From: Acinetobacter phage vB_AbaM_ME3
DNA length: 64,000 nt
Sequence record: KU935715.1
Reading direction: 5' to 3' (one strand)
The notes under the pieces were generated by a model. It was not told the origin of the DNA, searched no databases, and worked only from the letters and a program-made list of their open reading frames with translations. The number at the start of each line of letters is the position of its first letter. Within the stretch, counting starts at the first letter, position 1. The translations under genes and the position numbers were made by a program. Below, piece after piece: positions 26,261 through 36,100 of the stretch.

Positions 26261-26947
26261 ATGGCTTTAAATCCAAGTTCAAACACTATTGCTGATTCAG
26301 GTACATATATCTCTAAAGCTGGTACAGAAATTCATGCTGTTTTTAATGGTAAGAAATTCGGTGACTTGCATATGATTAAGTACGCTGTACAGCGTGATGT
26401 AGCTAACGTACACGTTATGGGAACAGTTGATGCTGTGTCTGTAGCTAAAGGTAAACGTTCTACAACTGGTGCTTGTGTATTTGCAGTCTTTGAAAAAGAT
26501 CGCTTACTTGAAGCAGTTCAAGATAAGTCAGTGTTCCTTACAGAGCACGAACTAGTTAACTATGGTGATGGTAAAGCTCAAAAAGGTTTTAACCCTCTTG
26601 ACACTAAAGCTAATCTAGCTATTCAAGCTGGTGGTACAGTTAGAGATACTTCTGCTTTTGATAACTCAAGCTCTGACTCAGTATTCAATTCATTTGGTAG
26701 AGAAGTGAAACCAATGTTGATTGACCAAATCCCTCCTTTCGATATCGTATTGGTAGGTATTTCAGAAGCATCTGGTCATGCTTCTCGTATGGTTATTCAC
26801 GGTGTTCAGTTCAATAGTGATCAAGGTGGTTCAAGTGTTGATGATCTCTTATTAGAGCGTCAAGTTACTTTTATTGCTAAACGTATTACTCCTTGGGCTG
26901 CTCTTAAAGACTTATCTTATGGTTCGTCTTCTTCACTCAATGCTTAA
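26261..26947 (+). CDS. tail tube protein (228 aa)
   Basis: Immediately downstream of the sheath gene. High-expression codon usage. Strong terminator downstream. Confidence 0.6.
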   Translation: MALNPSSNTIADSGTYISKAGTEIHAVFNGKKFGDLHMIKYAVQRDVANVHVMGTVDAVSVAKGKRSTTGACVFAVFEKDRLLEAVQDKSVFLTEHELVNYGDGKAQKGFNPLDTKANLAIQAGGTVRDTSAFDNSSSDSVFNSFGREVKPMLIDQIPPFDIVLVGISEASGHASRMVIHGVQFNSDQGGSSVDDLLLERQVTFIAKRITPWAALKDLSYGSSSSLNA

Positions 26948-26967
26948 TTACATTACTAAGTAACTCT

Positions 26968-27008
26968 AAAAGGAGAACTCTTTAATTGGAGTTCTCCTTT
27001 TTTATTTT
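26968..27008 (+). terminator. rho-independent terminator
   Basis: Perfect 9-bp stem GGAGAACTC / GAGTTCTCC (26972..26980 / 26989..26997), 8-nt loop, then TTTTTTATTTT. Confidence 0.8.
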
Positions 27009-27021
27009 ATAGGATACAAAG

Positions 27022-27756
27022 ATGGCTTATGATATTGATAGGTACTTAAATAAAAGATCTTCATCTAACATTAGTTATGAACTAGAACAAGAATATATTC
27101 CAATTCCTGGTACTTCTACTAGAGTACTTCTTGAATTCCCTAATTATAATATTAATGGGAAAACAGCTATGATAATCTTAGATGATGTCATGACAATTTC
27201 TTTTTCCTCATATAGAACTAAAGCACCAGTTACAACTCTTGGACAGACATCAGTTGGAGGCTTTGGTTTAGGTAATCGTATTGTAGCAGGATCGATAATT
27301 AGATCTGTATTCACTACAGATAACTTAACAGAATTACAATCTAAAATATTTTTAGAAGATCAAGAGAATATTGCTAAAAGACTACAAGGACTTGATAATG
27401 TAATGCCGACAGGACTACCTCTGAAAGATCAAATTGCTATTATTCAAGATGACCTAACTGCTTTTAATATCCATATATATTCCGTATCAGAGAACATTAG
27501 ACCTCTAGGTAAAGAGAATACTCCTTATGAAAGATTTGAAACAATTGTAGGAGCAGTGATTATGAATACAGGTCAAGTACATTCAATTGAGGATTTAATT
27601 ACAGAGAGTACAGTTTCCTTTCAAGCTAAAGCTTTTAGATCATCTACAAATATTACAGATTATACTAGAGGTTATGGAGCAACTGAGGCTTTTCCTTCTG
27701 TATCATATCTTCTAAATAAAAACATGAATCAAGATGTAAACATTAAATTAAAGTAA
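27022..27756 (+). CDS. hypothetical tail protein (244 aa)
   Basis: Long ORF with a plausible start, in the tail operon. Confidence 0.6.
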   Translation: MAYDIDRYLNKRSSSNISYELEQEYIPIPGTSTRVLLEFPNYNINGKTAMIILDDVMTISFSSYRTKAPVTTLGQTSVGGFGLGNRIVAGSIIRSVFTTDNLTELQSKIFLEDQENIAKRLQGLDNVMPTGLPLKDQIAIIQDDLTAFNIHIYSVSENIRPLGKENTPYERFETIVGAVIMNTGQVHSIEDLITESTVSFQAKAFRSSTNITDYTRGYGATEAFPSVSYLLNKNMNQDVNIKLK

Positions 27757-27765
27757 GGGGAACTC

Positions 27766-28341
27766 ATGGCTACACCAATATATGACCACTATTATACAGC
27801 CTCTGATGTTAATGTTTTTCTTCATTTTCCACCAACAGGAAAGACAGTTAATATAGACAAAGCAGTAGCAATAGCATATACTCACAACATATCTTCTGTT
27901 CCAATTTATACATTAGGAAGTTTAGAACCTTTATATTTTACAAGAGGAAATTCTATTGTTCAGGGGCAGTTAGACTTAGCTTTTAAGAGTACTCTTTATT
28001 TAAAGACAGCTATAAACTATCTAGTAACTAATACTAAAGAGACTACACCAAAGACAACTAAAAAGCCTGCTAATAAAATGACTACTGAAGAATTAAGAGA
28101 GAGTCAAAGAGAAGTTGCAACTGGCAGTGATTTACAAATGGAATCAAAGAGCCTGATACAACAACCTAGTTTATTTGATATTCGTATTGTATATAACAAT
28201 TCAAACTCTAATATGGCTGGTAATCAAGAAACTATAATACTTCAAGGTATTAAGTTTACTGGTCAATCTCAAGCAACTAACTCACATGATGACACAGCTT
28301 TAGTAGATCGTTATACATTTTTAGCTAAAAATATTGCATAA
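27766..28341 (+). CDS. hypothetical tail protein (191 aa)
   Basis: AAGGGG RBS. Confidence 0.6.
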   Translation: MATPIYDHYYTASDVNVFLHFPPTGKTVNIDKAVAIAYTHNISSVPIYTLGSLEPLYFTRGNSIVQGQLDLAFKSTLYLKTAINYLVTNTKETTPKTTKKPANKMTTEELRESQREVATGSDLQMESKSLIQQPSLFDIRIVYNNSNSNMAGNQETIILQGIKFTGQSQATNSHDDTALVDRYTFLAKNIA

Positions 28342-28352
28342 GGATTATAAGA

Positions 28353-28838
28353 ATGGAAGTACGTAAAAAAACAAGATCAAGACAACAAGCAGAAGAAGTG
28401 TACATTCCTCCTCAAGCTACAGAAGAAGAATACCAAGAACCAGTTTTATCAGAAGAAGATAAAAAACTTCAAGAATTATACAATACACTTCAAAAAGCTT
28501 ATGGTGATAATGCACCACTAATTTCTTCCTTAGAAGCTTGGAAGAAAAGGTGGGGTAATATACATATCTCAAAAGTAAGTTCTGAGAGAAATGAATATTA
28601 TATTTGGAGAACATTAAGACGATATGAATATAAAGAACTTAATGTAGGTAATGCTTTAGATGATCCAGAATCTACTAATGAATTATTAGTAGAGAAATGT
28701 CTACTATTTCCTGACTATAATTTTACATTTAGAAATCAAACAGATGCTGGTATCATTACAACATTAGGTCAACAGATTTCCTATAAGTCAGGTTTCGTTA
28801 CTCCTCAAGAAGCACTATCTCTCATTTACATTGCTTAA
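28353..28838 (+). CDS. hypothetical protein (161 aa)
   Basis: AAGGA RBS. Confidence 0.6.
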   Translation: MEVRKKTRSRQQAEEVYIPPQATEEEYQEPVLSEEDKKLQELYNTLQKAYGDNAPLISSLEAWKKRWGNIHISKVSSERNEYYIWRTLRRYEYKELNVGNALDDPESTNELLVEKCLLFPDYNFTFRNQTDAGIITTLGQQISYKSGFVTPQEALSLIYIA

Positions 28839-28850
28839 CAGGAGATCTAC

Positions 28851-29381
28851 ATGTTTCTCACATCAGGAACATCTTATTACATAATAGCTTTATCAGGCTC
28901 TTACATTCATTGTAAGAGCGGATTAGTTATCCCTTCCCCACAAGTTAAAATCAAACTTCTCACCTATTCAGATCTATACAAAATAAACTTAATGGAACAA
29001 TCAAAAATCTCTTTAGAAGATATATATGAAGAGATTTGTAATAAGTGTGTTTTAGGTATTCAACACTTTGAAGATGAGGAGATAGACTATATTTCATCCC
29101 CTGCGGGAATCGTTGGGCATATAGGTCAGAATATTTTACACCATAGTAAAGATGTATTTTTTGACCTTCCTAAAACATTTGAAGCCTTTTCTAACAGTGT
29201 AACTTTAATAGATCAGATACAGGCTTTCGTATCCAGATATACATGTACTCCTATAAAAGAAGTTAGAGAAATGCCAATAGATCAACTATTGAAAGATTAT
29301 AGTATTATACAAGCATCTTTTCCTCAAGAAATACAACCAATACAAGCAACAGAAGATGAAATAAGTAAAGTAGGTGGATAA
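28851..29381 (+). CDS. hypothetical protein (176 aa)
   Basis: AGGAG RBS. ATGA-type overlap with the next gene. Confidence 0.55.
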   Translation: MFLTSGTSYYIIALSGSYIHCKSGLVIPSPQVKIKLLTYSDLYKINLMEQSKISLEDIYEEICNKCVLGIQHFEDEEIDYISSPAGIVGHIGQNILHHSKDVFFDLPKTFEAFSNSVTLIDQIQAFVSRYTCTPIKEVREMPIDQLLKDYSIIQASFPQEIQPIQATEDEISKVGG

Positions 29382-32300
29382 TGGCTAATTACATAACTCC
29401 CTCTAAAGAGATGCTAGAACAAGAGGTAGAAGATAAGAAACTAGAAACTATAATAGATATCTCTAAAGGGAGTGCTGTAGTTGGAGCTGCTTATTATTTT
29501 AATAAGGAATTTGGTAATGCAGAGTCCTCAGTTTCAAAATTCTATCAAAAATTACTAGGAACTGAGTATTTACAACGTCAACTGAATAAGGGTTCTCCTC
29601 TAGCAGACCCTTCAGGAAAATTTGCTAATCAATCTCTAGTTAAATCAATGCTCTCTCAGTTAATGGCTGTAGAAGAAGCTTCCCCTTTACATATATTACG
29701 TACATTACAGCTTAGTAATATTATTAATCCTTATGTCTCCATGACTCAAGCAGACCAAGAAGTAAGATTTTCTAAAAGACAAGTACTATTTCAAAAACAT
29801 TACTTTGAAGCTATGGCTAAGTTTGCTAATAAAGATTTAGATGATAAAGCTATTAAGTCTTTAATGAAACAGGCAGAACATAATGGATTGATATACAAAG
29901 CTGGAAGATTGTATGTAGGTAATAATGATGGAACTATAGGAGACACGTTTGCTAAAGTTGCTAAACTTTCTTTAGCAAATATTAGACAAGGTTCTGTTAA
30001 TTCTCCTAATCAAATGTTTCTTAATTACTCTAAGGCAATTGGTGGTCAGATAGATCTAGATAATTATCATATTAACCCATTAGTGGTTATGGGGGCTGAT
30101 AGTGAAAGTAAGTTTGCAGCTAAATGGGGACAGTCTTGGTTTAAATACGCATTAGAAACAGGTATGAGATCTCTCGATAACCCATTAGCTGGTGTCGAAG
30201 AAATGATGAGTGGCTTAGGAGCTGATAGAACATCCTTGTTTCAATCTAAAGCTTGGTTAATAGCTAAAAGACATCTGAATGTTAACTTAGGTACTAATGG
30301 AGACTATAACTTAGGAATTAGAGAATCATTAGTTAAATCTGGTAAAAACATAGCTGTGAAATCTGCTAAGATTGCAGTAGGTTATGAAGTATTAGACTCA
30401 GTTCTTAGAACTATATCTCCTTCTGATGGATTATTCAGTGAAGGTCTTTTTACTGGTTTAGTTAACACATATGCTAGTATGAGAATAGACTTTGCTAAAG
30501 CTTGGTCAGACCGTTTTCAAGGTTACAAAAAGTCTCAAGAAGAAGCCGCCCCTGGCTCTACTAATATTAGTTCACTACTAGCATTACCTTTATCAGGGGC
30601 AATGTTTGGAGCTCAGATGGGCTATTTTGGAAGGTTAGGAAAGACACTAACATCTAATGCTGATGAAGCTGCTGATATTTATAATGTAGCTAAAGAATCA
30701 AAGCTCTTATCCGCAGTAGGGATTAAAGGTGAGTTTAAACCTATGAAGAGAAATGCTTACATAGGGGCTCTAGCAGGGGCTACACTAGCTCTTCCTTTCT
30801 TACCTGGAGCTTTGATAGGGTCTAGTTCAGAAGAGCTACAAGAGCTTTACAGTGGCGATAAAGAGGTAGCTCAAAAAGCTAACAGATGGTGGGTAATGGG
30901 TGGTAACTCATGGGAAGGAAGTCATACTAAATTCTTTTCTAAACATTTCGTAGCAAGAGTTAACGCTGATGCAACAGATAAGGTTAGATATGGAGATGAT
31001 GAGACTAAGAAGAAACTTAATCCTCTTCTTCATCCTTTTTCTTACCTACAAGATCCATATAAGTTTGAAAAGATGCACGCTGAAGATATGCCATATCCTA
31101 TATGGGGTATGGATGTAGGATATGGTTCCATATTTGGTAAGTTGTTTGAAAGAACTGTTGGTCAGATTATTAAACCAGATGTAGTTAACCCTGCAATATA
31201 TGATTTATCAGAAGCTGCATCTCATTTCACAACTAGAGCTGGAGCTGCTACCTTTATTAAAAATGCGATTTTAGGAAAGATGGGAGAAAAAGATCAAGAT
31301 CAAAGTTCCTTACTTATCCCTACCGCTGTAAATAGAACAGATGCTAGTTTAATAAATGCAGGATTACTTAGTCATCCTGAAGCTGCTAGATATAATCCTA
31401 ATGTAGAAGGAGCAGGGTTAGTTTATCAAGCATTAACAGACTTAGTAGGTATTAAAGGATGGGCGGCTTCATTTCCATTAGCCTCCATAGGAATAGACCC
31501 TTCAAACGTACCTCTACAACTAGCTAGATCTGGGGAAGCAACTTCAGCAGCTAGAGATTTAGTATCTCAGAACCTAGGCGATATGGCAGGGATGGGTGAA
31601 TTCCAACGTAAGATTTTAGGAACTTCATCTGGGTCTATTATAGATAGATCAAACCCTCTAACTAATAATCTTCCTTCTTGGTTACCTTCAACTGACTCTC
31701 AATACTATATAAACTTTAGAAAAGGTAATGCCTATGATAAGGTGCCTTTAGGTGAAGAAAGAATTGCAGGAGAAGGTTTTGGAGCTTTAAATAAAGAAGT
31801 TGAAGGTGTTGATCCAGAAGACTACAGTTTAGTTTATAAGTATAAAGTACTAGCTGACGTTGCTAAAGGGTCTAGAGAGCATATTAGAACTCGCCAGAAT
31901 ATTCTCCAAGCATACAATGCAGGAAAACTTTCAGATAGAGAAACAGAGATTCTAGAACAAACTTTACAGCAAGAACAAGAAAGAGACCAAAAGAAAACTT
32001 TCTATGAACCATCTTCAGTTGGGAAACGTTTTGGATTCGGCCCTATAGGTTATGTACAAAGTTCTATATGGGATTTTGTATCTAAGCATAGCGAATCTCC
32101 TCTAGAAATGTTAACTCCAATTAGACCTTCTGCTAAGTTTCTACATAATAGAACTGCTATACAAGATTATGTAGAAACTCAACTAGGAGGTACTGATGCT
32201 GCTGTATGGACTAACTATTATTCTCACTTCATTAAACCTGCTTTAAATAAAACCAGATTAACATTTGATGGCGGATTTAGACCTGAAGAAAAGCTTGAGA

Positions 32301-33172
32301 AAGATACAATTAATGAATACTTTGATAAGATGAAACACATCAAGAATAGATCAGATGTTAATCCTTATAATGATTCTAATTCAGTTGTAGCTACGTCCAT
32401 GTCTGGGTTGAATACAGTAGATAAAGTAATGAAGTTTAAAAAATCATTATCAGATGATGAACGTGATTACTTCGAGTCTTTTTCTAAAGAAACATCAGAG
32501 AAAAAGAGGGATATGATTAGATCATTATTACCTTCAGATGTGTTACGAGGATATGAACAGATATGGCGAAATGTTGATATAGCTAAGGATGCTAAAGAGA
32601 GAGGTATAAGTGTACAAAAAGCTATTGCTGATGACATACATAATAATACTAATAAACTTAAATCAGCTATGGATGTATCCCTATCAGATAAAGAAAGACA
32701 AATAGCTAGAGATAAAGTTAAGTCTAACTCAGATAGCTATTGGAATATGGGTTTTAGTGAATCAGAGAGAATTCAATACACTGAAGATGAGTTGTTAAGA
32801 CTTAAGATGGCAGACATGGAATCATTAACATATCTTAATAACTCTACTGGAGTTCCATCTAAGAAATTCATGGGTTGGGATCCTAGATTAAAGACTGATG
32901 ACATCAAGATAAGAACATTATCTGTAGGTGGAGAAGATCTTAAGAGATTTGGATTCTGGCAGAAAGATGAAGAGAGGATGAATCGATTAGAATTCTTAAA
33001 ACAAGATAACGAAGTAGTACAATCGTTAGATGAAATTAAACATGAGCTTAAGAAGAATAGATATATGAAGCAACAGATAAGTGACTTAATGTTTAAACAT
33101 GGTTTTAAAACTAACAATATAGATGTAGTTGACTCTAGTTATGGAGATTTAATAATTGAAGGACAAAGATAA
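29381..33172 (+). CDS. giant virion-associated protein (1263 aa); candidate tape measure or injected protein
   Basis: Uninterrupted 3.8-kb ORF with an AGGTGG RBS, in the tail gene block. No recognisable catalytic motif. Confidence 0.7.
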   Translation: MANYITPSKEMLEQEVEDKKLETIIDISKGSAVVGAAYYFNKEFGNAESSVSKFYQKLLGTEYLQRQLNKGSPLADPSGKFANQSLVKSMLSQLMAVEEASPLHILRTLQLSNIINPYVSMTQADQEVRFSKRQVLFQKHYFEAMAKFANKDLDDKAIKSLMKQAEHNGLIYKAGRLYVGNNDGTIGDTFAKVAKLSLANIRQGSVNSPNQMFLNYSKAIGGQIDLDNYHINPLVVMGADSESKFAAKWGQSWFKYALETGMRSLDNPLAGVEEMMSGLGADRTSLFQSKAWLIAKRHLNVNLGTNGDYNLGIRESLVKSGKNIAVKSAKIAVGYEVLDSVLRTISPSDGLFSEGLFTGLVNTYASMRIDFAKAWSDRFQGYKKSQEEAAPGSTNISSLLALPLSGAMFGAQMGYFGRLGKTLTSNADEAADIYNVAKESKLLSAVGIKGEFKPMKRNAYIGALAGATLALPFLPGALIGSSSEELQELYSGDKEVAQKANRWWVMGGNSWEGSHTKFFSKHFVARVNADATDKVRYGDDETKKKLNPLLHPFSYLQDPYKFEKMHAEDMPYPIWGMDVGYGSIFGKLFERTVGQIIKPDVVNPAIYDLSEAASHFTTRAGAATFIKNAILGKMGEKDQDQSSLLIPTAVNRTDASLINAGLLSHPEAARYNPNVEGAGLVYQALTDLVGIKGWAASFPLASIGIDPSNVPLQLARSGEATSAARDLVSQNLGDMAGMGEFQRKILGTSSGSIIDRSNPLTNNLPSWLPSTDSQYYINFRKGNAYDKVPLGEERIAGEGFGALNKEVEGVDPEDYSLVYKYKVLADVAKGSREHIRTRQNILQAYNAGKLSDRETEILEQTLQQEQERDQKKTFYEPSSVGKRFGFGPIGYVQSSIWDFVSKHSESPLEMLTPIRPSAKFLHNRTAIQDYVETQLGGTDAAVWTNYYSHFIKPALNKTRLTFDGGFRPEEKLEKDTINEYFDKMKHIKNRSDVNPYNDSNSVVATSMSGLNTVDKVMKFKKSLSDDERDYFESFSKETSEKKRDMIRSLLPSDVLRGYEQIWRNVDIAKDAKERGISVQKAIADDIHNNTNKLKSAMDVSLSDKERQIARDKVKSNSDSYWNMGFSESERIQYTEDELLRLKMADMESLTYLNNSTGVPSKKFMGWDPRLKTDDIKIRTLSVGGEDLKRFGFWQKDEERMNRLEFLKQDNEVVQSLDEIKHELKKNRYMKQQISDLMFKHGFKTNNIDVVDSSYGDLIIEGQR

Positions 33173-36100
33173 TGGATAAACGATTAGCAGCTGTTGCCGC
33201 TGGAGCTTTAGGAGCTGCATACACTACAGACATATTTGAAAATCCTATAACTGGTGTTGTAAATGCTGGTATTGGAGCTGCAATGGGTAGTATGCTTATT
33301 CTACCCGAAGTAGATGTTCGTAACTTAGCCAAAGTAGTTACAGGAGTTAAGCAAGATGAGGCTTCAATATTAGATAGAGCTTCTAGTGGAATATCTAAAC
33401 AAGAGGAAAAATTAAGAACAAACTTCTCGACTAGAGTAGAAAGCTTCATAGATAGTTTTATGAAATATTCTGAAGGTGATGGATTAGAGAATGGTTTTAA
33501 AGAAAATCTAGATACTGTTATAAAAAATTCTAAAAGTATTGAGACCATATTAAAGTCTAGAGGGTATAACAATATTCCTAGTCTTCCTGAAGATCCAGCT
33601 AAGTTTAGTGAATTCTTAAAAGGACTAACAAATAAGCATGATATCTCAAGTATAATTCCTCTTTTCTCTGAAGATGCAATCGATTTTGTTAACACTAATG
33701 CTGTAAATGCTCCTAAAGTTTCTCAATACACTACTAGAATTGATGGGTCATTATCTCAAGAAGATAAGATTAAAAAACTGGCATCAGTCTTTGAAACTCA
33801 GTTTGGAAATAAAGTTGAAGATGCTATGGACAAAGCATCAATGTTTGTTAAACGAGCTGTAGGAGATATTAAGATATCTGATGGTAGTATTATTCTTAAT
33901 GATGTTGTTGACTCCAAATCTGTAACTGTACCTATTACATCTTATGATGCAAATGGAATTAGATATCATAATGCTGGAAATGGTAGAGCAATGGCTGTAA
34001 AAGGATTCTCTCCATTTGCATCTTTATATATGAATGAAGGTGTATCTTCTTATGCTTATGATTTTGCAGACGGAAGAAGACTAGTTACATTGGAAGATGT
34101 TGAAAGAGGATTAGATCCTGAAATGATGTTAAAGTTTCTTCCTGAAAAATCTCCTATGGCTGACTATGTAGGTAATATGAAAAAATTAATTTCATATGAC
34201 GCCTCAGAAGCTGCACATGAGATAATCGATGGACCTAACTTTACTGTAACATCTCCTCAACTTAAGAACTTATCTACTATTACTTCTTTAGAGTACCAAT
34301 TGAATATTGATTCACAAGGTAATATCAATCACAATAGACCTCTTGTAACTCCTTCAAGTTATCTACAGAAAGAGGGAGGAGGAAGTGCTGTAGCTGATAT
34401 AGTGATTAATAAACTCTCTATTGATAATAAAAGAGCTCATAAATATGGTATTGGTACATCAGGAAATAAGTCATTGGATATCCAGACCAATCCTAATAAA
34501 GGTACTATAGGTATGTTTGTTCCTAAAACTCGTAATCCTAGTGGATCTGTACTTAGAGATACAGCCCCTGTTAAGAGGGGTCAAGGGATGCAAGCTTTAG
34601 ATATGATATATGGAAATTTTATTAAAGATAATTATGCATCAGCTCAAGTTGTTAATAAACTAGATATTAATAATGCCAAAGCCTTTAATGAATTTGCAGT
34701 TGCTTTAACAGGGCAAAATCAAACTATTCTTGCTGATGGTTTTGGTTTGTTTAATAAAGGACATTCAGAAGCATTCAGTATTAAGACTACAGCTGAATTA
34801 GCTATTCCTCTTGACAATAGAACCTTAATGCTTAATAAGGACCTGAAAGAAGCTTTAGAATCTCCAAATTTAAATGATTTTTTAAGAGAGAAGGGTGGGA
34901 TTAACATTGGAACAGATATTCTTGGGTACGATGCTAATGGAAGACCGTTCCAATTAGGTAAACAATTCTCAGAAGGAATTATAAAATCAGGTAGACGAGA
35001 TAATAATGGAAGACTTTTACTATCTATAGATGCTAGATTTAATCCTCAATCGGAAGAGAGTTTGAAATTCTTTTCTGTAGGGTCTAAATCATTAGCAGAG
35101 GGAATAGAACAAACAAGATTTAATATTCTTGCATCTGTAGGTTCGTTAATGAATGAAGGTTTAGTATCATTTCAAAACAATGTACTAACAGCTAATGATA
35201 CTGCTCCTGAAGCTCTTAAACTTGCACTAGGGAACGGACTAGGATTAGACGATATTAAAAGACTAGATCAAAATAGGCATTTCTCTGTATTTATGAGACA
35301 AGATGTCTCTATGATTACAGAAGCTTCTAAGACTGGTATGAGTGACTTACAACATCTTTTAAATGCATCTCCAGATGATGAACTCTTTCAAGAATTTGCT
35401 AAAGCTCACAATATCACTAAATTATTAATGGATAATCCAGCACAGAAGAGATCTATTGTTACAGCTGCTTTCTTAATGCAAGAAAATAAAGCTAATGAAG
35501 ATATAACTTCTGCTATCGCTACTAGACTTATGAAGCCTTTACAAGATTTAAAAAATCAAGTTTCAGGCTCTAAAGACTACAGATCTATTGTTAACTTAAT
35601 GAATGCTGGTATTATACCTAAGACTAAAAACTTTACTCCTGAATTGATTGATCAAGCTATAAATAATGTAGCATCTGCATGGCGATCCGCTACTAGTATT
35701 AATAAATACTATAAAGGTGATAGATTAGCTCAAATGGAAGATTTAACTAGACTTGTTGCTCTTTCTGGAATTGATTCAGATTTAAGAGGAGGTGTTTCTA
35801 GTACTATTGGTACAGTTAATAAAGGTAGAGCGAATGTAGGTACTGGAAATAAAGCAAGTATGTCATGGGTAGCTAGAACAAGTTTACTAGGTTCTGGATA
35901 TTCAAGAAAGCAATTAGATCTTTTTGGAAAGATAGATGACGGATTACTGTATGAGGTTAACTCCCTACAAAGAGAGACAGCCTTTCAAACTAAATCTGTG
36001 AATTCGTTTATAACAGGAAGAGAAAAAGAACTTAGTTCAATACTAATGAATACAACTCCTGAACAAAGGATTAGTAGACTTAGAAGTGCTTTTGCATACG

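Noticed and set aside
27022-29381. Possible programmed -1 frameshift pair (tail assembly chaperones) among the four small genes after the tube
   Set aside because: Each ORF has its own ATG and RBS. No overlapping start-less frame or slippery heptamer was seen.
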